This document shows positions 1 to 8,902 of a DNA stretch of 64,000 bases, one piece after another. The notes under the pieces are model-generated. The model saw only the letters and a program-made list of their open reading frames with translations. It did not search any database and was not told where the DNA came from. The DNA lies in contig DUCU01000095.1 of the NCBI GenBank assembly GCA_012959605.1, positions 5,718 to 69,717 on the forward strand, read 5' to 3'. This stretch comes from Dehalococcoidia bacterium. GTDB taxonomy: Bacteria; Chloroflexota; Dehalococcoidia; Lucifugimonadales; UBA3495. How positions within the stretch are numbered: position 1 is the first letter of the stretch; every line of letters begins with the position of its first letter. The translations under genes and the position numbers were made by a program.

Positions 1-1
1 C

Positions 2-223
2 TTGTCCCGCAGCAAGAAAGGCGTCTATAAAATGCTTTCCAACATTTGTCCTCACCAGGGAGTGGAGATTGTTGACTGGACCGGTTGCTTCATGTGTCCC
101 GCCCACGGCTGGAGATTTGAGTACACCGAGGGTGTCTGCGTCAACGGGCCCAACGCTAGGATGGTTGGGTTTCCGGTGAGCGTGAAAGATGGCCATCTGG
201 TGGCGGAACTGCCCGACGATTAA
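2..223 (+). CDS. Rieske (2Fe-2S) domain protein, C-terminal fragment; gene continues past the left window edge
   Basis: Frame is open to position 1. CPHQG...CPAHGW are the two Rieske cluster-ligand boxes (CxH, CxxH). Confidence 0.7.
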   Translation: MSRSKKGVYKMLSNICPHQGVEIVDWTGCFMCPAHGWRFEYTEGVCVNGPNARMVGFPVSVKDGHLVAELPDD

Positions 224-274
224 TCCAGCCTTTAACCCGAGCCAGCGCCACTAAAATGTGGTCCAGGAGCGAAC

Positions 275-1690
275 ATGGACAAAAAAGACATTCCATTTCT
301 GACCGCATCCCAACTATCAAAGCTGATTGAGACCAAAGAGGTCTCACCCGTGGAAGCCACCGAAGCCTACCTAGACCGGATTCAAGAGGTTGATTCTAAA
401 CTCAATTCCTACATCACCATCAACGGTGAGCAGGCATTGGAGGCGGCTCACCAGGCGGAAACCCAGATTGCCCAAGGGGAGTATCTGGGTCCGTTGCACG
501 GTGTCCCGGTGGCGGTAAAAGACCAATTCAACACAGCCGGGATACTCACAACCGGCGGCTCAAGCATCCTCCAATACAACATCCCCACTGATGACGCTAC
601 GGTTATCACCAACCTGAAAAAGGCGGGTGCAGTGCTGCTCGGCAAGCTTAATATGAGCGAATTCGCCATGGCGGAGATTTACCACCACCCCTATGGCACT
701 CCCCGAAACCCGTGGGATCTCAGTAAAAACCCCGGCACCTCCAGCAGCGGTTCCGGCGCGGCCACCGCTGCTTCCCTGTGTGCCACGTCTCTAGGTGAAG
801 ATACGGGCGGTTCGATCAGAGGCCCGGCTAATTTCAGCGGGCTGGTTGGCTTGCGCCCCTCCCACGGTCGGGTTAGCCGGTACGGCGTGTTGGGCGGTTC
901 ATGGTCTATGGACACTGTCGGCCCGATCTCCAGAAGTGTGGAAGATGCAGCCATCACAATCCAAGCCATTGCCGGCTATGACCCGAAAGATGCCTACACG
1001 TGGGACGTGCCGGTGCCAGACTACCGCAAAGCCCTGACCGGCGACATCAAGGGCATTAAACTGGGAGTTATTCAAGAACGAATGGATTCCCCAAATCTGG
1101 ACCCCGAGTTCCGAGAAACAGTCGCCACGGCCATCGGAGTCCTGGGAGAATTGGGCGCGTCGTCGGAAGATGTTTCCATCCCGCTGGCACCCAACGCCGG
1201 CGCGCTCACCATGTCCATCCTGAGTGTCGAGTGGGCCAACCTGCACCGCCCGGTGTTTGAGCCGCACATCGATTACATGGATTATAACAATAAGATACGT
1301 TTCCTGACCGGGTGCATCATTCCTGCTCAGACTTACTACAAAGCGCAGAAAATACGCTCCGTGCTCCGGCAGCAAATACTGGACGCACTTGAAAAAGTCG
1401 ACGTGTTAGTACTGCCCACCGGCCCAGTCACCGCGCCACCGGTGGAGAGCACCCCCGGGATCCAGAGCAAAGAACATGCACTGGCCGGACTGGCCGGTCG
1501 TATCAGTTTCACCGGCCCGTTCAACTTGGCGGGAACTCCGGCAATCTCGGTGCCTTGCGGGTTTAGTTCCGACGGAATGCCCATGGGACTGCAAATAGTG
1601 GGCCGTCCGTTTGCAGAAGAGACAGTCCTAAAAGTTGCCCACGCTTACGAGCAAGCAACCGATTGGCACAACCGGCGGGCACCGATCTAG
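275..1690 (+). CDS. Amidase (amidase-signature family, GatA-like)
   Basis: 471 aa. Gly/Ser-rich amidase signature GTSSSGSGAATAA...EDTGGSIRGPA, with conserved KD..FNTAG upstream. Confidence 0.9.
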   Translation: MDKKDIPFLTASQLSKLIETKEVSPVEATEAYLDRIQEVDSKLNSYITINGEQALEAAHQAETQIAQGEYLGPLHGVPVAVKDQFNTAGILTTGGSSILQYNIPTDDATVITNLKKAGAVLLGKLNMSEFAMAEIYHHPYGTPRNPWDLSKNPGTSSSGSGAATAASLCATSLGEDTGGSIRGPANFSGLVGLRPSHGRVSRYGVLGGSWSMDTVGPISRSVEDAAITIQAIAGYDPKDAYTWDVPVPDYRKALTGDIKGIKLGVIQERMDSPNLDPEFRETVATAIGVLGELGASSEDVSIPLAPNAGALTMSILSVEWANLHRPVFEPHIDYMDYNNKIRFLTGCIIPAQTYYKAQKIRSVLRQQILDALEKVDVLVLPTGPVTAPPVESTPGIQSKEHALAGLAGRISFTGPFNLAGTPAISVPCGFSSDGMPMGLQIVGRPFAEETVLKVAHAYEQATDWHNRRAPI

Positions 1691-1748
1691 TCAAGCAATT
1701 TTGGCCGCACACGGCCTTCTATAAAGAGCAAAAAACAAGGAGATAATA

Positions 1749-2186
1749 ATGGCTGAATACATACCTAGCCCCAGGGAATGGGTTTCTGACCAGGTTGAGT
1801 TATACGAAGGCAGCCAAGGAACCGACGGATTAACTTTGCGAGACACGGGCCTGCCGGTTATCATCGTGACCAACCAAGGGCACAAGACGGGCGCCATTCG
1901 GAAGACACCGCTGATGCGGGTGGTTGATGGAAATAACTACGTGCTCGTAGGTTCTCAGGGCGGCGCACCTCAACACCCACACTGGGTCCATAACCTGAGG
2001 AAAGACGCCAATGTTGAGATAAGAGACGAGACTGCCGTCCACTCCATGAAAGTACGTGAGGTTGCAGATTCTGCGGAGCGAACACGACTATGGTACATCG
2101 CCGTCGAAGCATTTCCTCCGTATAAGGAATACCAGGAAAAGACCAGCAGATTTATCCCGGTATTCCTCGCCGAAGCCAATAGTTAA
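1749..2186 (+). CDS. Deazaflavin (F420)-dependent nitroreductase-family oxidoreductase (Ddn/DUF385-like)
   Basis: 145 aa. Segments TPLMRVVDGNNYVLVGSQGGAPQHPHWVHNL...RTRLW...YQEKTSRFIPVF match the Ddn-family pattern recalled from memory. Confidence 0.75.
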   Translation: MAEYIPSPREWVSDQVELYEGSQGTDGLTLRDTGLPVIIVTNQGHKTGAIRKTPLMRVVDGNNYVLVGSQGGAPQHPHWVHNLRKDANVEIRDETAVHSMKVREVADSAERTRLWYIAVEAFPPYKEYQEKTSRFIPVFLAEANS

Positions 2187-2213
2187 ACCGGCACGTACGG
2201 AGTTAAGCAAAAC

Positions 2214-2846
2214 ATGGACGACATTGGCGTTTTTGAAGCCATCTACAGCCAACGGCAGTTCACTCGCTACAAGCCAGATGCGGTGCCGTTGGCGGACATC
2301 CAGAAGATAATGGACGCCGCAACGAAGGCTCCCAGTGGCGGCAACAAACAGCCGTGGCACTTCATTGCGATAACCGAACGGGATTTGATCGAGAAGATTG
2401 GTGGTCTTTATCGAGACCTGTGGTTGGGCGCCATGGGTGCCACCGCGCCGCCGGACGAACCACCGGCCTACCGCTCGGCCCGTTACTTGGCCAACCACAT
2501 GCCCGATGTCCCAGCCATGATTTTGATTTGCGCTGATCACACCATGGGAGGCCAGCCCTACACAATTGGTGAACCCATCGAGCGGGGTCGGTACGCATCT
2601 TCAGTGTGGCTTGCCATTCAGAATCTGTTCCTGGCTGCCCGCGTCCTCGGTCTAGGCACCCGCATCACCACGACACACCTGCGTGAGGAACAAAAAGTCA
2701 AAGATTGGCTGGAAATACCCGACCACGTGGAAACCCTCTGCCTGAGTCCGCTTGGTTTTCCCCGTGGCGGATTCGGCCCCACCGACCGGATTCCATCAGT
2801 GGACGTAACATCCTATAATCGCTTCGGCCAAAAAGCAGTTAGCTGA
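2214..2846 (+). CDS. Nitroreductase family protein (FMN-dependent)
   Basis: 210 aa. N-terminal RQFTRYKPDAVPLADIQKIMDAATKAPSGGNKQPWHFI is the classical nitroreductase signature. Confidence 0.85.
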   Translation: MDDIGVFEAIYSQRQFTRYKPDAVPLADIQKIMDAATKAPSGGNKQPWHFIAITERDLIEKIGGLYRDLWLGAMGATAPPDEPPAYRSARYLANHMPDVPAMILICADHTMGGQPYTIGEPIERGRYASSVWLAIQNLFLAARVLGLGTRITTTHLREEQKVKDWLEIPDHVETLCLSPLGFPRGGFGPTDRIPSVDVTSYNRFGQKAVS

Positions 2847-2904
2847 TAGCTCACAGCCGTCAGCGGTCAGCATTCAGATTTTAAGTAAAACTTCTATAGG
2901 TCAT

Positions 2905-2995
2905 GTCATTCTGAAGGCAGGAGCCGAAGAATCTCCTTGCTAAAGGTAGAAGACTTTCCGACAGTAACGAGACCGTTCGCTACACTCAGGGTGAC
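2905..2995. repeat. ~91-nt imperfect palindromic (REP/MITE-like) intergenic element, copy 1
   Basis: GTCATTCTGA-GG..GCCGAAGAATCTC..[loop]..AACGAGACC.TTCGC...CAGGGTGAC. Arms are shared with the copy at 22193-22284. Lies between convergent genes. Confidence 0.7.
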
Positions 2996-3057
2996 GGGGT
3001 GGGTGTGGCTATGTTGTCGGTGCTAACCAAGGCAGATTAGACTGTCGCTGACCGCTG

Positions 3058-3834
3058 TCAGCTAGCTTTCCCCCACGTTTCGCCAAACTCGACCCTCAAC
3101 ACCAACTGCCCGGTGAACGTGGAAGCGTCTTGAATGGCCAAGTAGACCGCGCTAGGCCCCACCGCCTCTGGTTCTACCCGCTGCTCCCAGTCTCGTTGGG
3201 TCCAGGGGATGGCCGCTGAACCCTCAGTCTTGAGACCTCCCGGCGAGAGTATGTTTACCGCAATGTTGTGCTCCTTCAGTTCGTCGGCCAGACAGAAGCT
3301 AAACATGTGCACAGCGGCTTTGGTGGAACTGTAGAGAACACCGCCGCCCTGCTCGTGGTCGCTACCCATGCGAGAGCCGATATTGATGATGCTACCGCTC
3401 TTCTGTTCGATCATCGTGGCCAAAACAGCTCTGGAGCAGAGGTATGGCCCTTTAAGATTGGCGGCCACACTTAGATCCCAGATATCCGGCGCGATATCCA
3501 GCAGCGTTTCTCCAAGCACCATGACGCCGGCGTTATTCACCAGAACGTCGACCCTGCCGTACATGTCGATGGTTTGACCCACCATTGCCATGACCTGTTC
3601 TTCGTCCGAAACATCACAGGTCAGCGCCATAGCTTCGCCACCCGCGTCCCGAATCTGCTTGGCAGTTTCCACGGCTGTGCCGATCAGTCCGGTGGGCGAA
3701 CTGCGGCGCGCGGAGACCACCACTTTGGCACCCTCGGCGGCAAATTCCTTGGCAATGGCCCGGCCTAATCCTCGGCTGGCTCCAGTGACGATGGCCACCA
3801 TGCCGTCCATCTTGTTGGTGTACCGTTCTTGCAT
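3058..3834 (-). CDS. SDR-family oxidoreductase
   Basis: 258 aa. TGASRGLG cofactor motif, NNAG, YSSTK catalytic motif. Confidence 0.9.
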   Translation of the reverse strand: MQERYTNKMDGMVAIVTGASRGLGRAIAKEFAAEGAKVVVSARRSSPTGLIGTAVETAKQIRDAGGEAMALTCDVSDEEQVMAMVGQTIDMYGRVDVLVNNAGVMVLGETLLDIAPDIWDLSVAANLKGPYLCSRAVLATMIEQKSGSIINIGSRMGSDHEQGGGVLYSSTKAAVHMFSFCLADELKEHNIAVNILSPGGLKTEGSAAIPWTQRDWEQRVEPEAVGPSAVYLAIQDASTFTGQLVLRVEFGETWGKAS

Positions 3835-3852
3835 CAGTTGATCCTATTTTAT

Positions 3853-4317
3853 TTAAGCAAACCTGGCTTCAGCCCAGCCTTTATCAAACGGAGTCCAAAA
3901 ATGGGAGCTGAGAGTCAGGTGTTGGAACATCCATTTGCCGTTCACTCGTACGTATTCCTCGTCGTAGCGGGCCGACCCCCACACCGCCTGATTGCCCTCC
4001 GCATAGGTGCACGGTTGGAACAAGTACCAGACTCCCGTGGCACGGTCTCCGTCCACCTCGATGATTGGGTTCATTACCATGTGGATAGCGAAGGGCAGGC
4101 GTGCTGGAGCGTCGCGGAAAAACTCCCGTATCGCCTCCCGACCGTCGTTGCGGCCACGTTCCATGCCGTCCCAAATGGCGTCTTCCGTGAATAGTTCAGC
4201 CAGGGCATCCGCGTCATAGTGGTCGTCACAGAGGGCGCAGTAACGGTGCTTGAGCTTCTTAATCTCTTCAATGTCTTCCAGTTTTCGTATTCGTTGTTCC
4301 AGACCTTCAAGGCTCAT
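3853..4317 (-). CDS. SnoaL-like / NTF2-family protein
   Basis: 154 aa. Has the LEDIEEIKKLKHRYCALCDD..D...LFTEDAIWDG pattern typical of SnoaL-like domains. Confidence 0.75.
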   Translation of the reverse strand: MSLEGLEQRIRKLEDIEEIKKLKHRYCALCDDHYDADALAELFTEDAIWDGMERGRNDGREAIREFFRDAPARLPFAIHMVMNPIIEVDGDRATGVWYLFQPCTYAEGNQAVWGSARYDEEYVRVNGKWMFQHLTLSSHFWTPFDKGWAEARFA

Positions 4318-4353
4318 GGTGTCTCTCCTATTACTGGGTCTAGATTACCGGGA

Positions 4354-5130
4354 TTAAATCGCAGTCCAGCCACCGTCGACCATCAGTAGATGACCCGTGG
4401 TGCCGGCCGACGACTTGCTAGCCAGATAGATCACCGCGCCTACCATCTCTGATGGATCCATTCGGCGGCCTAAAGGCAGGTGGGCGTCCAGGTCGGCCTG
4501 CACCTCTTCGTCGGTCCTGTTGCTGGCGGCGATCATGCCGGGAGTGCTGGTTGGGCCGGGGCCGATGGCATTCACCGTGACGCCGTGGGGCGCCCATTCC
4601 ACCGCCATAACCTTGGTGATGCCCGCCACGCCAAATTTGCTGGCGCAGTAGGAAGAACGACCTCTGGACGCAACCTCAGATAACTGAGAACCAAGGTTGA
4701 TGATTCTGCCGTAACCCTGACCAACCATGTGCCTGCCAGCCGCTTGGGCACAGAAGAAAACACCCTTCAAGTTGATGTCTATTGTCGCGTCCCAGTCTTC
4801 TTCAGTAACTTCCAAAGCCGGTTTTGGGATGCGTATACCCGCATTGTTGACCAGGATGTCCAGTCTGCCGAAGTCACTCACGATCTGATCTATTGTTTTG
4901 GGCATACTCGCAAGGTCCAAGACGTCCAGAGCGTAGACCGCGCTTTTGACTCCCTCCGCTTTCACCTGGTCTTTGGTTTCTTCCGCCAGGTCCAAACGGT
5001 CTGGGCGATCTGAAACAGCCACATCAGCGCCAGCTTGGGCTAGTCCGACTGCCAGAGCAGCGCCGATCCCACGTCCGGATCCCGTAACCAACGCAGTTTG
5101 TCCCTTTAAACTCAGTCCCTCGTAGGGCAT
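4354..5130 (-). CDS. SDR-family oxidoreductase
   Basis: 258 aa. TGSGRGIG, NNAG, YCASK motifs. Confidence 0.9.
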   Translation of the reverse strand: MPYEGLSLKGQTALVTGSGRGIGAALAVGLAQAGADVAVSDRPDRLDLAEETKDQVKAEGVKSAVYALDVLDLASMPKTIDQIVSDFGRLDILVNNAGIRIPKPALEVTEEDWDATIDINLKGVFFCAQAAGRHMVGQGYGRIINLGSQLSEVASRGRSSYCASKFGVAGITKVMAVEWAPHGVTVNAIGPGPTSTPGMIAASNRTDEEVQADLDAHLPLGRRMDPSEMVGAVIYLASKSSAGTTGHLLMVDGGWTAI

Positions 5131-5304
5131 TTAGGTTCCTCCGAATCAATTCATCAGGTAGTAGATAGTTGTCATATAAAGCGAGTCCACAGTCTCGCCA
5201 GGCAGGAAATTGGCCGTAGCATAGCATACCACCCCAGTCGTCGGAATCGGCCTGGTGACGGTGAATATAAGGCGGGGACTCAGTGCTATCCGGCAGCCTG
5301 ATAC

Positions 5305-5333
5305 TTGCGTGCTCTACCTACAGACCTTAGAAT
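5305..5333 (+). promoter_or_regulatory. Candidate sigma70-type promoter for the MFS gene
   Basis: TTGCGT-17 nt-TAGAAT, about 60 nt upstream of the ATG at 5391. Confidence 0.35.
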
Positions 5334-5390
5334 CAGCCATGGCTCGGAGTATTCGATTATTTGAAAACGTTTGCCTCGGCAAGGGAATAA

Positions 5391-6650
5391 ATGGCGGAAG
5401 CGATACAGCAACCAACGGACCGTCGGCAAAACCGGAATTTCATATTGGGCTGCCTTTCTTTCGGTCACGGGGTTTCTCACCTGTATGACCAAGGGTTCCC
5501 GATCTTCATGCCGGCAATCCAAGCCGCCATGGGCCTTACAAATTTCCAGGTAGCCTTCATGCTGGGCATCCGCCAAGGCGGATTTGGTGCTGTCAACCTA
5601 ATCGGCGGGGCCATCGTCGACCAGGTGAAAGCCAGCTGGGGGCCGATACTCACTGGTTGCATGATTTGGGCGGCGCTGGGTTTTCTGGTATTGGCTGCGT
5701 CCCCTAACCTGTTCGTCTTAACCATCGCGGTGGTCATTGTGTCTGTTCCGGGCGCGCTCTGGCATCTGCCTTCTACCGCCGCTCTCTCCCGAAGATTCCC
5801 TGACCGGCGCGGCTTCGCCATCTCTATGCACGGTTTCGGCTCCAACGTGGGCAACGTGATGGCGCCTTTGGTTGCGGGCGGACTGCTGACCTTCATGCTG
5901 TGGCGGCACATCCTGCTGATTTATGCTGCCCCAGCTGCCATCATGGCCATTTTTGTGTGGTGGTCGCTTAAAGACGTGGGGAAGGAAGCTGACGACGAAG
6001 ATCGACCAGCCCCTGAACGCAAGGTTATGGCCGCCTATCGGGAAGGCTTGACCATGTTCAAGAACCCGATGGTTGCCACTCTGGTATTGGCGGCCGCCAT
6101 CCGCGGTGTGGCCAACAACGCACTCTTCCAATGGTCACCGTTCTACCTAAAAAACGCGACCGACGGCGGATTGGATATGGGCTATTTCACCGCCGGCGTC
6201 CACCTGGCCCTGCTCACCGGCATGGGCATAGTCTCCGCTCCCTTCTTGGGTTACCTGTCTGATAGATTCGGACGGAAACAAGTTTTGGTGCCCGGTCTGA
6301 TTATCGCCGCTATATTGACCATGTTCGTGGTCAGCGCCGGAGACAGCCTGATGCTGGCGGTGTTGCTGGGTGGTATCGGACTGTTCAGCTTTGCGTTACA
6401 GCAGATCATTCTGGCGGCGTTGCTCGACGTGGTGCCCAAGGGCACTGAGGCCACCGCCTCGGGTCTGATCTTTGGTATTAACGGACTTCTTGGGTTCGGA
6501 TCGCCGTTCATTGCGGCATACATTATTGAGAATATGGGAGGATACGGATCGATTTTCTACTACGTTGGCGTGCTGACCATTGTGTCTGCCTTAATCATCT
6601 CTGTTATACCCTTCCCCAACTACCGAGTGCAGAAGCCTGCTGCTGCCTAA
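5391..6650 (+). CDS. MFS transporter
   Basis: 419 aa, about 12 hydrophobic segments, with an MFS-like loop motif (SRRFPDRRG). Confidence 0.85.
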   Translation: MAEAIQQPTDRRQNRNFILGCLSFGHGVSHLYDQGFPIFMPAIQAAMGLTNFQVAFMLGIRQGGFGAVNLIGGAIVDQVKASWGPILTGCMIWAALGFLVLAASPNLFVLTIAVVIVSVPGALWHLPSTAALSRRFPDRRGFAISMHGFGSNVGNVMAPLVAGGLLTFMLWRHILLIYAAPAAIMAIFVWWSLKDVGKEADDEDRPAPERKVMAAYREGLTMFKNPMVATLVLAAAIRGVANNALFQWSPFYLKNATDGGLDMGYFTAGVHLALLTGMGIVSAPFLGYLSDRFGRKQVLVPGLIIAAILTMFVVSAGDSLMLAVLLGGIGLFSFALQQIILAALLDVVPKGTEATASGLIFGINGLLGFGSPFIAAYIIENMGGYGSIFYYVGVLTIVSALIISVIPFPNYRVQKPAAA

Positions 6651-6681
6651 TTGTTGATTGTCCGACGCACACGAATTTCGT

Positions 6682-6711
6682 TTGACACGATATTTGGGGC
6701 CAGACTAAAAT
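6682..6711 (+). promoter_or_regulatory. Near-consensus promoter in the MFS/peptidase intergenic region
   Basis: TTGACA (6682-6687), 18-nt spacer, TAAAAT (6706-6711). Confidence 0.5.
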
Positions 6712-6838
6712 AGAGTCGCCATCTACCCACACGGGGGGTGAGTGCCAGGCACGTTCCATACAAATTCTAAACACAGCATCGCCGCTGGGATCTGAGATGA
6801 CCGAGACGGCCCACAAGATGAAAGTTGCTTTCAATTGC

Positions 6839-6865
6839 GCCCCGCTGCGTCGGGGTGTTTATTTT
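6839..6865 (+). terminator. Intrinsic terminator-like hairpin 40 nt upstream of the peptidase gene
   Basis: GCCCCG-CTGCGT-CGGGGT followed by GTTTATTTT. Confidence 0.45.
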
Positions 6866-6903
6866 GCCCAAATTATTGACCCTTCCATTCTCATGAGCGC
6901 GTC

Positions 6904-7869
6904 ATGAACCAGACCATCACCGCTGTGTCTGGTCTGGAAGTTGGCCACTACACAGACCTGAAAAACGCCACCGGCTGCACTGTTTTCCTCTGCCGTGAAG
7001 GCGCTGTTGGCGGCGTGGACGTCCGTGGTGGCTCCCCCGGCACCAGGGAGACCGACCTACTCCGTCCAGTTCACCGAGTCGATCAAGTCCATGCTGTTGT
7101 CCTCAGTGGTGGCAGCGCCTTTGGACTGGATGCCGCGTCCGGGGTGGTAGCCTACCTGGAATCCCAGGGAATCGGCTACAAAGTGGGCTCGGCAATCGTG
7201 CCGATCGTGTCCTCTGCTATCCTCTTTGACCTTGGTTTGATCACCTCAAAAGTCCGCCCCGGCGCAGCAGATGGTCACCAGGCCTGTTTGGCCGCTACCT
7301 CTGGACCAATGACTGAAGGCAGCGTGGGCGCAGGTACCGGAGCAACCGTTGCCAAACTGGGCGGTGGTCGTCGCGGCGTAAAGGGTGGCATTGGCACCGC
7401 AGCGATAACCTTGTCCACCGGGCAGACCATATCCGCTGCAGTGGCGGTGAATGCCGTGGGCGGGGTCTGGGACTACAAAACCGGACAACTTCTGGCTGGC
7501 CCAAGGCGTACCGGTGGCGGATTTGACGATCCGGTAGCCATGTTGCTAACCGGCAAAGACGATGCCCCTTCCGGCCCAGTGAACACCACCATTGGGTTGG
7601 TGGCCACCGACGCCAAGCTCACCAAAGAGGACGCCAACTATCTAGCGAGGGTCAGTCACGACGGGTTCGCTTTGACCATTCGCCCCTGTCACACCGTCCG
7701 GGACGGCGATACCATGTTCGCCCTTGCCACTGGGCATAACGACTCCGAATTAGACCTAACTTCCCTGGGGGCCGCCGCTGTAGAGGTCACTGCTCAGGCG
7801 ATACTTAGGGCGATTCAGCAGGCAACTGGCTTGGGCGGAATTCCGTCTATTAGTGAATTGGCAACCTAG
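6904..7869 (+). CDS. P1/S58-family peptidase (DmpA-like aminopeptidase)
   Basis: 321 aa. Has GxxVGHxT...TGCTV...GG.PGTRETDLL and TD.....VLSGGSAFGL patterns of the DmpA/S58 family. Confidence 0.75.
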   Translation: MNQTITAVSGLEVGHYTDLKNATGCTVFLCREGAVGGVDVRGGSPGTRETDLLRPVHRVDQVHAVVLSGGSAFGLDAASGVVAYLESQGIGYKVGSAIVPIVSSAILFDLGLITSKVRPGAADGHQACLAATSGPMTEGSVGAGTGATVAKLGGGRRGVKGGIGTAAITLSTGQTISAAVAVNAVGGVWDYKTGQLLAGPRRTGGGFDDPVAMLLTGKDDAPSGPVNTTIGLVATDAKLTKEDANYLARVSHDGFALTIRPCHTVRDGDTMFALATGHNDSELDLTSLGAAAVEVTAQAILRAIQQATGLGGIPSISELAT

Positions 7870-7922
7870 CAAATAGAAATCAACCCTGAATACGCACCAA
7901 TTCGATGACCAGGTGAATCAAA

Positions 7923-8783
7923 ATGGCGCAGGCGGTACCGCAGAGTATGCGGGTAATCACCACCAATAATGAAATGTCCCAGGCTTGTCGCGAGGCCGTG
8001 AAACCGGTTGGCCTGGTGCCAACCATGGGCGCTCTGCATGCCGGGCACCTCAGCTTGGTTGATCAGGCGCGGGCAGACAACCTGACGGTAATTGTTAGTA
8101 TCTTTGTTAACCCGACCCAATTCGGCGACCAAAAGGACTTGGAGAAGTATCCTCGGGACATGGAAGGCGACCTGGAGATGCTGCGCCGTCATGGGGTTGA
8201 CCTGGTCTACGCCCCGACCGTCGATGAGGTTTATCCGAAGGGATTCAATACCTGGGTGGACGTGGGTCCATTGGCCGACAAACTGGAGGGACTGCAGCGC
8301 CCGGGGCATTTCAGGGGCGTAGCCACAGTGGTCTCCAAGTTGTTCAATGTCATGCGACCGGACCGAGCCTACTTTGGCCAGAAAGACGGTCAACAAGTGG
8401 TGGTCATCCAAAAATTGGCCATGGACCTGGATATGGGCGTGGAAGTAGTGGTAATGCCGACCATCCGTGAGTCGGACGGTCTGGCCATGAGCAGTCGCAA
8501 CGTCCAGCTTTCTCCCAACCAACGTCTCGCCGCCTCAGTGATCCATCGGGCTCTGTGCCAGATGTACCTCTTGTGGTCGGGCGGCGAGCGTAACGGAGAT
8601 GTTCTGCGAGAGTCCGCACGGAACATTTTGCGGGCGGAATTGGCAGTGGATGAGATTGACTATGTCAGCGTCGCCAGCATGGTTACACTGGACGAACAGA
8701 CCACAATTGAAGGTCGGGCAATGGTCTCTGCGGCAATCCGTATGGGCTCTGTGAGACTGATCGACAACATAGTCCTTGAGTGA
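7923..8783 (+). CDS. panC: Pantoate--beta-alanine ligase
   Basis: VPTMGALHAGHLSLV and FVNPTQF motifs. The start could instead be the ATG at 7947 (MRVITT). Confidence 0.9.
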   Translation: MAQAVPQSMRVITTNNEMSQACREAVKPVGLVPTMGALHAGHLSLVDQARADNLTVIVSIFVNPTQFGDQKDLEKYPRDMEGDLEMLRRHGVDLVYAPTVDEVYPKGFNTWVDVGPLADKLEGLQRPGHFRGVATVVSKLFNVMRPDRAYFGQKDGQQVVVIQKLAMDLDMGVEVVVMPTIRESDGLAMSSRNVQLSPNQRLAASVIHRALCQMYLLWSGGERNGDVLRESARNILRAELAVDEIDYVSVASMVTLDEQTTIEGRAMVSAAIRMGSVRLIDNIVLE

Positions 8784-8802
8784 ACAGTTAACTTGCAGGG
8801 AT

Positions 8803-8840
8803 AAAAAAGCCCCCTACTCGTGAGAGTAAGGGGCTTTTTC
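8803..8840. terminator. Bidirectional intrinsic terminator between panC and etfA
   Basis: AAAAAAGCCCCCTAC-loop-GTAAGGGGCTTTTT. A-run and T-run flank the stem. Confidence 0.65.
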
Positions 8841-8902
8841 TATTAAGCATGCATGCTCAGTCTGGTTGTGACTGATGGGGCACCGAGGGAATAAACCTAA
8901 CC

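Noticed and set aside
7866-8522. 218-aa minus-strand ORF
   Set aside because: It is entirely antisense to panC, which has canonical motifs. It has no recognisable motifs and a His/Gln/Arg-rich composition typical of antisense frames in GC-rich genes.
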